A stretch of 64,000 bases of DNA from the human T2T-CHM13v2.0 reference genome, Homo sapiens, in assembly GCF_009914755.1 (NCBI RefSeq), contig NC_060947.1. One strand, written 5' to 3'. The notes under the pieces are model-generated. The model searched no databases, had not been told where the DNA came from, and was given only the letters and a program-made list of their open reading frames with translations. How positions within the stretch are numbered: position 1 is the first letter of the stretch; each line of letters starts with the position of its first letter. This document shows positions 47,230-63,125 of the stretch, one piece after another. The position numbers and the translations under genes are program-made.

Positions 47230-47950
47230 ACTCGGTCTTAACTCCCCTCCCAATGTGAAAAACCTTCTCCTGTCTCCTTTACCAGTAGCCATCCAACTTC
47301 TATCTGAAGACAGCACCCAAAGTTGCTTCTTAATAACACCTCTAGCATTGGACCTGCATTGGTTGTCAAAAGTGTTCCAACATTAGAGGCTGCGGTCAGT
47401 TTCTCTGGGTCTTCCTCCTCCAGGGTAAACTGACCCAATGCCTTGATCTCACATGGTTTCTGGATGCTTTATAGTTCTGAGCTCCCTTCATTGGGTGCAT
47501 TGCAATTCATGTCGTCCAGAATGGAATATAACATTCTACATCTAATCTGACCTGTACTCAATCAATAGGATGATTTGTGCCTCTCCTACCATAAGCACTA
47601 CTTTTGCTCCTCTAGCCTGAGAGTTCATTAATTTAGACTAATATTTATTAAATTAATATTTATTAATTAAAATAATTAATATTAATTTAGACTTCATATT
47701 ATTGGCCCTGGGAGCATATGCTAAAAAACCTAGCTCGTTTTCAAATGAATCATTGTCAAACCAAGTCTGCTCTGTTCTGTATTTGTGTAGTTTTTTTGTT
47801 AAATCTAAATTCAGGTCTTTGTTTCTTCCTGTTTAATTTCATAATAGTGATTTTAGCCTATTCCTATATAGTCTGAATTCGTTTTCACTCTTTACTGTTA
47901 CTCTTTCAGTTTTGTCTCATCTAGAGATTTAACAAGTATATGCTTTATGA
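47230..47950 (-). mobile_element. CR1/L3 fragment
   Basis: ccttctcctg...catccaacttctatctgaagac...gtccagaatggaatataacattcta, antisense CR1-like. Confidence 0.55.
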
Positions 47951-48649
47951 TTTTGTTTCAATTTATGTAATGCTTTTAGATGCTTAGAATTGTAAAAGCT
48001 CAGAGAGACGCTAGATCATATGACAATATACCCTCCTATCCCCTTGTTTTACACGTGAGGAAACCGAGATTAGAAAAGTGAAATTGGAGTCCCTTGGCCA
48101 AGTAACTTTTGACAACAGTAAGTAGCAGATCCAGATGCTTGGACATCAAAGCCTTGATGCCTAGGCCACCCTGCTGTACCATTTCCTTCCTTGTAAGTCT
48201 GAAAGTTCTGGGCTCCAGTCTCCCAAGTCCAGTGTTGTTGTCACTGCATCTAGCTTATGTCCCTTCCTTCATCTGCTAACCTAGCGGTCTCAGCAACAAC
48301 AACAACACACATACGCATACTAATATGTTAACGGTGTAGTTAGAATTTTTTTCTTTGTTTTCTTAATTTTTTTTTACAATTAACAAACATGTAAAAAAAA
48401 TTAAATTAAACCAAACCAAAAAACAAGGGTGGGGAATAATGCTAGACTGGTAAAACTTTTTATCAGTAAACACATGCTAATTTCACTTGGTCATACTAAT
48501 TCCTTTTTTTGTAAATGCTTACAAAGTATATATTTAATAATATTGTCTTTCATTTGATCAATTGTTGTTAGGCTTAGAAGTTGGAGATAGGAAAATTTTA
48601 GTCTTTATGCTCTTTAAAACCTAAAACTATAGCTACCCATCTTCAGTCT

Positions 48650-50560
48650 TTTAGTCTTTTTCCATTCTTCCTCTGCTGATTTGGGAACAATAAGATACAT
48701 TTCTATGTTTTTATTTTGGTGATTTTTTTTCTTTTGCGTATACCCTCAGATTTTTAAGATATTGTTTAACCATATATTTTTCTAAGAGTGTATGTCATTT
48801 TTTGGTATTTTTAATCTCCCGACCATGATAAGGAACTCTAATATTTTATTCTACCGCCTCCATCACCAATTGTGTTATTTTGTTTAAAGCTTTCATTTCC
48901 CCCATTTTGTTCAACATGTAATAATTACTGTTGTTTTCTTTGCAGTCCACAGTAAATCATATTTATTGACTTATTTTTCTTACTTTGTGTCCAGTATCAT
49001 TTCTTTGGTCTCACACCTTTTTTATTCCCACCTACTTTTTTCCTTTTTTTCTTCTTCTTTTTTTTTTTTGCTGAGGGGCATCCTTCTATAGTTCTTTTAG
49101 TTTTAGTGTGGGATAGTAAGCCTATTCTTTTTAGGTTTGTCTTTGTTTTGCCCTCGCTCTGAGGATGAGTATAAAAGCCTATATTAACAATTGTTTTTCC
49201 CACATCCCTTCTGGCCATTTTCGATGTTGATGAGACCTCTGCTGTCAATATGTGGTTCATTTGTAGATAATCTGGTTTATTGTCTGGGAGTTTCTAACAT
49301 TATCTCTTTATCATTGATGTTCTGTAGTTTTACTATGATATGCCTGTGTTTGGATTTATTTTTATTTATCCTGTTAGGTACTTGGATCCAAGTCTGTCTT
49401 CAGATCTGGAAAGTTCTCAGCAATTATCTCTTCAAATATTGCTCCTCTACCATTACCTCCATCCTCTTCTGGAATTGCTATTGGATGAATATTGGAACCT
49501 TTCAACCCATCATCCATGTCTCTTAACTGCCCTTTTATATTTTTTTAATCTCTTTGTTTCTCTGTGCTGCGTCCCTGGTGAGTTTCTCAGTATCTACCTT
49601 CCATTTCCAAATCCTCTCTTTAAAACAAACAAGACAAATCATAAAAGCCTTTTTTGTATTGTGAAATATAAGACACATAGAGAAAAATGCATTAAATATC
49701 AATGTACAACTTGAAAAATTATTATAAAGGCTCATGTAACTTGTTCATAGAACGCCGCCAATCCCAAGAACCTCTATTTGCCCCACGATCACAACTTCCT
49801 CCCTCTCCCTGAGATAAACATCAGCCTGACTTTTATCATAATCACTTCCTTACTTTTCTTTGTAGTTCTAACACTTAAATGTGCAGCCCTGAACACCAGA
49901 GTTTAGTTTTGCATGTGTTTAATATTTGATATATTAAAAATATAAAAGAAAAGAGAGAGAGAGCATGTGCATGCATATCTGAGTCACTTAGTATGTATTT
50001 TTTTGTATTTTTTGATCTGGCTTCTTTCACTCAACATTATGTTTGTGAGATTCATCCACAGTATTATACATAGCTGTTTTTTTCATTGCTTCTTATTGCT
50101 ATATGAAATTATTGAAGTTTAGTATTTATTCAGCTGTTGATGACATTCGAGTTGTTTTCAGTATTTGGCTATTATGAAAAATGCTGCTATGAACATTTTT
50201 GTATATGCCTCCTGATGTAAATGTATTCACCTTTCTGTAGGAGTAGAATTTCTAGGCCATAGATTATGTGTATCTTCACTTTGAGTAGATAGTGCAAACC
50301 ATTTTTCACAGTAGATGTGTCAAGTTACACTCCTACCAGCAATATGGGGGAATGCTAGTTTACTCATCCTCTCTATCTAGTCTAGAGTTTACCCCATCTA
50401 GTACATTTTTCATCTTATTTAATATTTTCATTTCTATAGTTTTTATTTGGTTATTTTTCACATCCACCTGATTTTGTTTCAGTTCTCTTTTTTTTTTATT
50501 CTTAGTTTCATGTTTGTTTGTTTTTAAAATGGAAGTCATTTCCTAATTTATCTCCGAATA
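48650..50560 (-). mobile_element. Old L1 fragments (antisense ORF1 region with a nested L1M 3' end)
   Basis: ttctgtagttttactatgatatgcc...ggaaagttctcagcaattatctcttcaaatatt; ctggcttctttcactcaacattatgtttgtgagattcatcc. Confidence 0.75.
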
Positions 50561-50593
50561 CTTAAAACATATGTATTTTAAAATCTGTGTTAG

Positions 50594-50964
<371 letters not shown>

Positions 50965-52138
50965 TTGTTGGATTTCTTAATACAAGATTTCTTCGTATAG
51001 TTTAGAATTGTCACTTCCAGCCTTGTCTTCCATTAAGCCATATAGCCTCAGTCAGCAAATACACAGTTGCTTGTTTTTCTAGCATCCCTACACAAGTAAG
51101 AGAGCGCCACCTAGCCCCTGGCTTCAAGCATTGAGCCTGATTCTATTCCCTGTCTTGCGCAAAACATTTTGGACCCCTTTCTTCTGGAGGAACCAGTTCC
51201 CAGCCACCACTCCTACTCCCTGACACATATAGAAAAATAAATCAGAAGCCATCATGCTTGTGGCTTCAGTCCTGTTTGGTTATGTGTTTCCGTGTCTGTC
51301 CACATAGATGTTATTCTGTATTTGAGTCAGCATGTTGTTTCAGTTTTCTCTTTTATATCGTGTCTGTTATCCTCTGTGGTTAGAACAAAGGGGATTTTTG
51401 AAGTACAAACTCATTATTTCTGCTCATGTAAGCATCTGCATCTTCTTTTTCATCACCAAGAGAACTCTTTTTCTCTCCCTGAAGCCCCTGGCAGGTGATA
51501 GTAAGGCCTGACATTTTAATACCTCTAAATTCTCATTTTCATTATTTGTAAAAAGAAATAGGTGTTCATGATCCTTAAGTTGTTCTGTGACATTAAACTC
51601 ATATTAAACTGGTTAAATTTGTCCCACCCTTTCTAGTTGGAAAATATTTCTCAGTAGTGGAAGAGACTGGAGCAAAATAGAGCCATTGAGTGGTTCTGCC
51701 TTCCCTCTGGCATCCTTGTTCCTCTTCTTTTTCCAAATACTGTTTCACAAAACAAAAATCCTTTTGGGAACTTTTAATATGAGTATGAACCTGAGCTTAC
51801 TTATGACTTGAGACTTCCATGTTCCGTGTTTTGTCACTAGAATATAGATTTCCTGAGGCCAGGGTACTTGTCTATCTTGTTTACCACTCTGTCCCAGCAG
51901 GCTGGCAGATAATACATACCCATTAAATATTGTTCAAATACCGAATCCTATGTTAGGCCATTTTTTTCTTTTTAAATATGAGCTTCAAAGAGGGTTCCCT
52001 ATATTGCCTCCCTGGTTTCTTTAAATATCTCTTCCCCTATCTTTTCTTTGTTATGGTTTAACGATTATAGCGTTAAGATTTCCTTTTTAGAGTTTTTCAT
52101 CCTTCTTGAGCTAAATCCCTATTTTAGGTATAAACCTA

Positions 52139-52719
52139 TGTAATAGATTATCTATTGCTGTGTAACAAGATTACCACAAACTTAAGTGGCTTAAAACAAC
52201 ACATTTATTGTTTCTCAGTTCCCATGGGTTCAGAATCCAGGCACAGCTTAGCTGGGTACCCTGCTCAGAGTCTCACAGGGCTGCAGTCAAGATGTTGACT
52301 GAGGCTCTGCTGTCATCTGAGGTTTAATCTGCTTCCAGGTTCATTCAGGTTATTGGCAAAATTCAGTTCCTTGTGGTTGTGGAACTGAGGACTTCAGTTT
52401 CTTGCTACCTGTCAGATGGAGGCCACCCTCAGCTCCTAGGGCTACCTGCAGTTCCCTGCTATCTGAGGGACCCCCAGTGGTCCTCTGCTTCCTTAAAGTC
52501 AGGAAGGGAGGGAATATCTCCAGCAAGACAGGCACAGTAAATCATGTAATGGAAGCACGTACACATCACCACACATATCCCATCACTTTTGACATGTACT
52601 GTTGGGTAGAAGAAAGTCACAGATATCACCACGCTCAAGAGGCGAGGATTATGCAAGGGTATGCACATCAGGAGGCAGGGATCATGGGAGCCACCTTAAT
52701 TAAAAGTCTATCTGCCACA
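52139..52719 (-). mobile_element. MaLR solo LTR (MLT1D/E/F-like)
   Basis: tctattgctgtgtaacaa...aaacttaagtggcttaaaacaacacatttatt...gtctatctgccaca. Confidence 0.82.
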
Positions 52720-54264
52720 AGCATATAAACATTGTTTATGAACTTTTATAATGTTCTTTCTTGAAAAGTATACTTTCTGAGCAATAAATGCTTTTAATTT
52801 TAGTTCCCCAACTTGTTACTGAAGTATTAATGAAATCTGTTACATTTCAAAAATAATGTTGCTCCAATTCAACTCTTCCCTTTCTCTATGCAATTAAAAA
52901 TGCTATAGAGTTAGACACTGCATTTGTAATCTAATATATACAAATTAACTACATTATAAATCATATACGTACAGATACATAGCACTGTAGTATACACAAA
53001 ACTGTGTTTGCTATGCCTGATGAATGATTGTAAGCAATTTAGGGTAATCTTTACTTTACCTGATTTTTCTCCATACTCACCAATTTTCACCCTAATTGCC
53101 TTGTAAGCTACAATTCTACTGCATCCTGAAATATCCTGCTTTATTTTTATACTGTTTGTGGCAGTGGCATTCATGTCAAGGAGCTTTTGAAGAAAAATGT
53201 ATTTGCCTGCTATGACATTACATCAGATCTACTTGATTATTTTTAATTCAATCTTCCTATAGCCTGTTTATTAGCCTTTCACTTTCCAGGCTACATGTCT
53301 AGTTTTAAAATAATTTATTCCTCTTGCCCTGTTATAATTTAATTTATTATTCTTTACACCCTCTCACTTTCATTGCATCTCCCTTAGTGTACAACTATTA
53401 AGCTTGCATGCATCTTTTCCAGGGAATCATAACCTAGAACAAGGGCTGATTCAAATTTGTAGATGATATACTAAAGTATTGGATCTTTATACTTAGGGTG
53501 TAATTTATGGTAACTTAACTGATAACAAGTAGACAGTCACCTTCTTTTATCATTTTAGGTTTTGGCTGCTATACTCTTTTCCTGTCCAGCTTTGAAACAT
53601 TATTACCATCTTCCATTTTATTTCCTGCCTCTGAATTCAGAAGACCACATGTCTTTTGTGAATTAGAGATGTCTCTCATTTTTATTTCTTTAAAAGCTAA
53701 ATCATACCATGTATTATATCCTGACAGCAAAATTATTTACTTTTTTCAGATAAGTGTTTTTATCTACCTTTTATTGTGTTATATTGAATCTAGTTTTTCA
53801 ATCACAACAAAACACTTCTGTGTATTCCTGATGACAGAATTTAAAACAGTTATCTCCTGGAGCCTTAACAGTGACTATGTATTTTTTTTCTTTTGTTTTA
53901 ATCTAAATAATACTCTGATTCTCAACTAATTACCTCTAATCAAAACCTTGATTTTCCTTTTGCTAAAATCATATTGCTTTCTCTTAAAAATATGGTGTAA
54001 GCATGTAACATCCTATCTTTTTCAATGGAAATGAGGTATATCAGCACGTGGTTTCCTAGAGTATAAAGTCCCACCAGCTGTGCCACAAAATCACTTTACT
54101 AGACTCCTAGCACAGTGGCTTCTAAAAATTCGCAGTTTAACTGTACTTGCCTAAAACAATTATGTATGCATTTCTTGGTTAGATGCTATTTAAGGACAGT
54201 GTCTTTGAGAGTATAAGGAGGAGGGACACCTGTTTTTGTTTTTCTTTTTCAATTAGGTCTAGAA

Positions 54265-54541
54265 TTATACTGCCCATGGCAGCCATGGCCACATGCAGCT
54301 ATTGAGCACTGGAAATGTGGCTAGTCTGAATTGAGATGTGCTGTAAGTGTAAAGTATATACCAGATTTCAAAGATAGTACAAAAAAAAATCTCAATAATT
54401 TAATATTGATTTCATGTTGAAATTTTTTTTAATACATTGGGTTAAATAAAATATTAATTTTACCTTCCTTTTACCTTTTTAATGTGGCAAAAATATAAAT
54501 TACATATGTGACTCACTTTATATTTCTGTTGGACAGCACTG
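54265..54541 (+). mobile_element. MER33-like hAT MITE, near full length
   Basis: 8-bp TSD gtctagaa (54257-54264 and 54542-54549), matching the hAT NTCTAGAN target preference. Confidence 0.88.
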
Positions 54542-55221
54542 GTCTAGAAACTCTTACATATTTACTAGTATTTGGCAGCTGCTATCTCTGAATTGTCTGT
54601 TTCCAAAGGAAATTTGAATCTTAAATCTCTTTAAACCAAAATTTTACTTAGTTCTCTTGAATGATCCCACTAAGTACCTAAATATGTAAATGTGTCAAAC
54701 TTAATACAACAACTTATTTTAGGCAGGGAATGAGCTGTGTTAGAGTCCCTTGTAAGGTATTTGTTGAATTGTTTTTGTCCCATTTTTAAAGCCTTGTCAT
54801 ATTTGCACAGCTATGCCAGATCTGTTCCTCAAATACTTCCTGTGGTTAAAAAGCCATTTTATATATGTAATGATACAGAGTACTGTATGTATGTCTACAT
54901 ATATAAAAATGTATAAACAGAACAATTGTGGCATTCTGTAGCTTTGCAGTAACATAGTAACTTCTCATAGAAGCTATGAATGATGGAATATACCAGCATA
55001 TTCATTCTCTAGTTTACTTACATTTTGACAACTGACAACAAGAAGGCATGACCATTTGTAATTCAGTTAATAGAACTGAGGACAGGTCCCTACATTTAAT
55101 ATTACCTGACGTTTGGTTTGGAGTGACTCTGTGGAAGTAATTTACATTAATAATCTATATGAATGAACTATCAGAGCTAAAAAAAATTTCTTGGTATTCC
55201 TAATGGTTCGTGCTGATACTT

Positions 55222-55666
55222 CTTTTTTTTTTTGCCTTCAGGATCTTTTTATAATAGCTTTATTGAGATATAGTTCATATTCCACACAATTTACCCTTTT
55301 CAAATATACAGTTCAATGGTTTATAGTAATACTATATTTACAGATTTTTACAACCATCACCACAATCTAACTTTAGAACATTGTCACCACCCCAAAAAGA
55401 AACCCCATAACCACCCCCTATCCCCCAGCCCAGGCAACCACTAATCTACTTTCTGTCTCTATGGATTTGTCTGTTCTGGACATTTCATATGAATGGGATC
55501 GTACAATATATCGTCTTCTGTGCCTGGCTTCTTTCACTTTGCATAATGTTTTCAATGCTCATCCATGTTGTAGCATGTATTAAGACATCATTCCTTTTCA
55601 TAGTCCAATAATACTCCATTGTGTAGACATACTGCGTTTTATCTATTCATCAGTCAGTGATATTTG
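55222..55666 (-). mobile_element. L1MB-like 3' end
   Basis: agctttattgagatatagttcata...caaccactaatctactttctgtctctatggatttg; TSD gctgatactt. Confidence 0.85.
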
Positions 55667-56468
55667 GCTGATACTTTTTTAACATTAAAGAAATTAATGA
55701 AGTCAATATTTACATTTAGTAAGAACCTTCACATATATTCTCATATTGAGCCTCACAGTAATTTGTTTAGGTAAGTGTTGTCATAGTCATCATTTTATAG
55801 GTGAAGAAATGGAGGCTCAGAAAGCCTAAGTAACTTAGGCAAGTTACTTAGATGAACTTGCTAAGATTAACTTACTAAGTTACTTAGATTAGTTACTAAG
55901 ATTACACAGCAATTAAGTACTAGAACTGGGACTCAAAGCCAGTTTATCCAACTCTGAAATATGTTTTTATTGTTATTGCCACAGCTCTAGGTGATTTTGT
56001 TTTAAAGAAAAATTACTTACTAGCTAGCTTCTTTGCTTTTTGTTTTCTTGATTTACTATACTGTTAGATATGGGAAACAGACTTGAAAAAACTTTTAATG
56101 TGGCCTCTCCCAATAATTTTATGAACAATATGGCAATATATTTCTAAGTGATAACATACCTCAGTAGCTTAGCAACAGACAGAAAATTGTTCAAGAAGCA
56201 AACTGATCAAAGATCAATGTCCACCTATGGGGACAAATCCAAGGGTGTGCTGGAAAGCTCACTTCTTTTCCTCATCCCGTGAAAAACTTTTATTAGTGAC
56301 TTAGATAAAACTATGTTTGTATTAGAAGACCTAGTTTACATATTTGTCGGAGTCTCAAAATGGAAACTGAATTCTGTCCATCTGATTGTGTCATACACAG
56401 AATATGCTCAATAAAAACCTTGGATAGTGATAAAATATATTCTGTCTTGAATTCCTTTTTTTCTTTAG

Positions 56469-56547
56469 GGTTCTGTAGCTATAGCTGGTGCTGTTATTCG
56501 CTGGCTAAGAGACAATCTTGGAATTATAAAGACCTCAGAAGAAATTG
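56469..56547 (+). CDS. GK: GK exon 14 (79 nt), [26 protein letters not shown]
   Basis: ctttag|GGTTCT...ATTG|gtgagt. Confidence 0.97.
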
Positions 56548-57285
56548 GTGAGTGTGTTCTAACAAAAGGTTAGAAAATCTGAAAAATGACACATTTCAGT
56601 ATTTTATCTCTGCAAAGTAAATACTTATGCTTTGCCCCAAATGTGATCCATAAATTATATGGATCCCTATTATGAGTTTGACTTATGCAAAAGACTATCT
56701 TGTGAAGATTTATAAAACAAGGAATTGACATAATTAGTGGTGGTTGTTAATAAACTGGCAATGTAGGGCATAAAAATTACCCAAGTGTAAAATTGAACAC
56801 TGGAGATTGCCAGAACCTGCAGATAGAGAAGTTGAGTTAAATTTATCTGATGAGAAAGAGCTTTAACTCTTAGATTAGAGTGAGCATTAAAACTCTGGTA
56901 CCTATAATTTAAGTATTAATACGGCTGTTTTCAGTCTATAGATAATTAGTTTGAACTTACCTACTCACTCTTTCATCCACTTGCTTAACTTTGCCTGAAG
57001 GTGAGACAATCAGAAATACATTCCTGATTAGGGACACACTAGAGGCCACTTTTTCATCTCCTAGTCAGCAACCTTAAAAATAGTGGAAATGAGCTAAAAT
57101 ACCTTAAATAAATGAATCTGGTTCCTTGATTTCTTGAGCTAGGCTACATTTTAGTGGGGGGTATTTAATGTGAGAGAAACTCATTTCTGTTGATCCTAGC
57201 ATACTACTGTAGTTAGCAACATTTTGCTCTACCAATGAATTGGAAACCAAAACCCCTGTCCTAATTTTTCTAATTTTTAAAATAG

Positions 57286-57447
<162 letters not shown>

Positions 57448-57941
57448 TAAGTATTGAAAATATGGAGTGCTTTTGGGGATCTTGATTTATTTACCAAAGT
57501 CGTTAATAACTTATTAGTTTCTTATCTATTTTCAAATAATTATAATGTGTTGAGAAAACCTTTTCTTTTTGGAGAATATAATTTCAGAAACTTTAAGCTC
57601 CAAGAAGTTATGAATCAGCTGACAATAACCCCTGCCATATCCGTATTCATGTTATCTTTTATCTTCATGATGTCTGTAAGTTGTATAGTGAAGGGACATC
57701 ATCATAATGAATACTGATTCAGTTTTATGATGCCATCATCTTTTCAAATGTGTCATGAATTTTTTCATACATGAATGCAGAATTGTGAAATATAAGGACT
57801 TTCTGAGTTACTTAATGATTATGTCCAATTTTCTCTTCCTGGACATTTCTGTCTACCAAATTTGACCTTTTCATATTTGAGATATTTCAAATTGATTGGT
57901 TTATATCATTCTAATCTGAAAATCTTTGTGCGTATTTTTAG

Positions 57942-58026
57942 GATAATCTGTGGACTCACTCAGTTCACCAATAAATGCCATATTGCTTTTGCTGCATTAG
58001 AAGCTGTTTGTTTCCAAACTCGAGAG
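57942..58026 (+). CDS. GK: GK exon 16 (85 nt), [28 protein letters not shown]
   Basis: ttttag|GATAAT...CGAGAG|gtaaca; FGGY signature 2. Confidence 0.97.
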
Positions 58027-58551
58027 GTAACAAATATGGGCCTGTTTTCTTGTACTTAGTTCACTTTTATCACTCTTAAGTTATATGTTAACACCCGAGA
58101 TTTATTCAGTACTGAAAATGTAGTTAATCAAATATTAAGGCTGCCTAAATACTAATCTAAATATAAGCAGGGTTTTCCCCCTTTTTCCAGCTGTCATTAC
58201 CTTCTAAGTTCCTGTTCCCTGTCAGGCACTGGGAATTTTATGGTTGTGGGGAGGCTGAGTGGCACACATTAGGCAAAGGAAACAGCACAAACATAGGCAT
58301 CAAGGCAGAAAAACAGGGTGCAAAATAGAGTTGTATAGCTTAGCTGAATATCAAGGTGAATGCAGAGGTGTAGTGAGAGAAAAGGTTGGCTGTGACCAGA
58401 TCAAAGAGGGCTTAGAAGACCAGAATAAGAAGTCTCAATTTATTCCATAGGCTCTTGGAAGCTCTTGAGAGTTTCTGAGTGGAGGATTGCCATTTTCAGA
58501 GATGTTACTATGAAATAGATTTATAACATTAATTGCACTGGTTTATTTAAG

Positions 58552-58672
58552 ATTTTGGATGCCATGAATCGAGACTGTGGAATTCCACTCAGTCATTTGC
58601 AGGTAGATGGAGGAATGACCAGCAACAAAATTCTTATGCAGCTACAAGCAGACATTCTGTATATACCAGTAG
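58552..58672 (+). CDS. GK: GK exon 17 (121 nt), [10 protein letters not shown]...[11 protein letters not shown]...LYIPV
   Basis: tttaag|ATTTTG...GTAG|gttagt; DGG motif. Confidence 0.96.
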
Positions 58673-58782
58673 GTTAGTAAGTCTTCATTCCTTTAAACTC
58701 CCAGAGTAATGTTTCTTGTGGAATAACTAGTTCTTTGGGCATATGTAACCACAAAGATATTGATGGAACTCTCTCTCCTCAG

Positions 58783-58926
58783 TGAAGCCCTCAATGCCCG
58801 AAACCACTGCACTGGGTGCGGCTATGGCGGCAGGGGCTGCAGAAGGAGTCGGCGTATGGAGTCTCGAACCCGAGGATTTGTCTGCCGTCACGATGGAGCG
58901 GTTTGAACCTCAGATTAATGCGGAGG
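58783..58926 (+). CDS. GK: GK exon 18 (144 nt), [18 protein letters not shown]...FEPQINAE
   Basis: ctcctcag|TGAAGC...GAGG|gtacat; ETTALGAA motif; follows a 110-nt intron. Confidence 0.96.
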
Positions 58927-59212
58927 GTACATTTAAAGAATGAAATGTTCAGTGATATACTGTGAAAACGACCTTAGTGCACGGGAGTTTTGTTTTTCTG
59001 TTTAGTTAAAAGTTAAGGAACCAAGTAAAATAGTAAATGTTATCATTGCAGATTCGGCTGCCAAGCATATTGGGCTTTACTGAATAAATGTGAATGAGAG
59101 AAATCGCTGCTTATCAAAAGAACTTCTAAAATCACTTTTTAAAAATCATTTGCTTTTACTGTTTATGGTCCTTTAGTGTAGGATAATAATACTGCCACAC
59201 TGTCAGGTATAG

Positions 59213-59534
<322 letters not shown>

Positions 59535-59891
59535 ATAGCCTTTTTTAAAGTGAGAAGGAAGATATATCAGCCACTCATCCCTAATGTCTACACCAGATCA
59601 TCTTTGGTGCCAGTGGCCCAGTTTTAGGACATAATTAGCTGGGTTAAGAGACACTCTGGTAACTTTTAAGCACAGCAGGACTAACCTGATGAAGGCAGCA
59701 ACAATTTAAGTAAGTGAACATTAGATATCTGATTCACTGTGCTAACTAAGCTAAGCCACAAGCTGTGATCAGCACTTTTACTAAAATGTAGTGATGCGGT
59801 TCTTAAATTTAAATAAATGTAGAAAAATAAGGTTTTATATATTAGAATTGGTTTTATAACTTTTTAGAAACCTATGCATAAAATAGCATCA

Positions 59892-60023
59892 GCTGGGAAT
59901 GGTAATTTGTGCCTATAGCCCCAGCTACCCAGGAGGATCTCTTGGCTTGGGCCCAGGAGTTCGAGTCCAGCCTAGGCAACATAATGAGACCCCTGTCTCT
60001 AAAAAAACAAAAGGAAAAAAAAA
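59892..60023 (+). mobile_element. FLAM/Alu monomer
   Basis: Single monomer with an A-tail; TSD agcatca. Confidence 0.8.
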
Positions 60024-61045
60024 GCATCAAAGTGGATTTTGAGGTATTGGGAATAAGCTTTCAAATGCATTTTTGTTTGGTTTTCTGGGAGAATATACCA
60101 GTGTTTCTCAATTTTATTCATTCTTTTAACATATAAGAAAATGAATTATAATACTAGTAATTTTATAGTCAGATTATACCATGTACCTTGATTTAGAAAT
60201 GTATTTCACCATCTGATATTCTGTCATTTTTAACTTTTGCAATACTGGATAAAATATGAAGTTCAAAAAATTTTTCTACTTTTCAAAAAAAATCAACTTT
60301 ATAATATGCAAATAATGTCCAGAGCAGGTATATGGCCTCTAAATGCCAATCTCACTCTTAAAGCAAGGAAGTTCTGTGCCAAGAGAGCCATCTCCATTCT
60401 TAGGGGAGCCATCTTTGCTGGTGTTGAAGGCCTTAGCCTGGGGTTGATCAGTCATGCCCTATTGTCCTCCCTCTCACCAGCCCTCACTCCTCCCCATAAA
60501 CGAATGGGCACCTAGGCATAGATAGTACATTTTGCCAGCAAACAGTTGTTTATAGCCAACCACAGGCCAGAGACTGTACTGATGTGGGGATATAGAGATG
60601 AATAAGGCCTTATCTTCTTATCTTCTTTTGCCCTTCAGAAGATTAGAGTATATTGGGAGCAGAAGACAAAACCATAAAAATTTGGTAGCTGACATCCTGG
60701 GGTGTGTGTGAAGAGAGAGGGGGGGATAGAAATGGGGCACTGGAAAGCTTTCTGAAGTGAGTGATTCTTGAGCCTTCTCTCCTGGGTGTTGCAGGCCTCA
60801 GGTGCTATGGAAAGTCTGGGAGGCTTGAGAGAAAGGTAGCCCCACATGGGGTTCAGCACCCTTAGAAGTGTACAACATCAAGCTCATTTTTGTTTAGACT
60901 TTCTATTGTGGATTTCCACCTTTAAAAAATCTTGCTTTAAGATGCTGGGGTTGGGGGGCATGGGGCTGTCTCAGAGGAATGCAATTCAAATCTTATGAGA
61001 AATCAGTATTTGTTAAATCCTGTGACTGAAATAAAAACGTCTCCT

Positions 61046-62022
<977 letters not shown>

Positions 62023-62031
62023 TAATTCTAG

Positions 62032-62112
62032 AAAGTGAAATTCGTTATTCTACATGGAAGAAAGCTGTGATGAAGTCAATGGGTTGGGTTACAACTCAAT
62101 CTCCAGAAAGTG
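62032..62112 (+). CDS. GK: GK exon 19 (81 nt), [27 protein letters not shown]
   Basis: ttctag|AAAGTG...AGTG|gtaaaa. Confidence 0.96.
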
Positions 62113-62805
62113 GTAAAAATGTTTTTGTTTATTATTGTCACATTTTCTTAGTATATTAAATAGTTATTTAAGTATCTAGGCATTTACACATAGCCAGGCT
62201 GCTCTGAAGAAAAGCATTATCATATGTCCAGAGATTCTGACATTTTGAAAACACTTTAAAGTTCTAAACACAAAATGTAAATTATCAGGTTGATATACAT
62301 ACTTTAACTTTATCCTGCCATATCTTTCCTTATTAGTTTATTCTTGGTACTTCAATTGACAACTTAGTCTTCCAAGAGTAAAATTATTTCTAGTTTCTTC
62401 TTAATGAAAAAAAAAATCAACTAGAGTCTTCATTTTTTTCCCCTCTCCTCTTACTTTACCTTTTTGGGGGGCTGTCTTTATGACCTGAACCAACTGAAAG
62501 CTGTATTAATTTCAGAATATATTCTGCTACTTCCTAGGCTGATTCCAAGTACATAATGGGAATTCCTTTGGAATCAGAGAAAGAAATATACCAAACATAG
62601 TAAATTCGAACTCTTATAAATAGATTGGGAAGTGCTCTTAGCAGAAAAAATAGTGGACTATTCTACCTTTCAGTCACTTAGGAAGGTCAAGAGCTTAAGT
62701 AAACCATTTAGATTTAAACAGCCTTAAGATGCATAGTATTATTATTTTTTGCTAAATGCAAGATGTGGAGCATAATGAATGGAACAATGGCAGATAATTT
62801 ATTGA

Positions 62806-63125
<320 letters not shown>

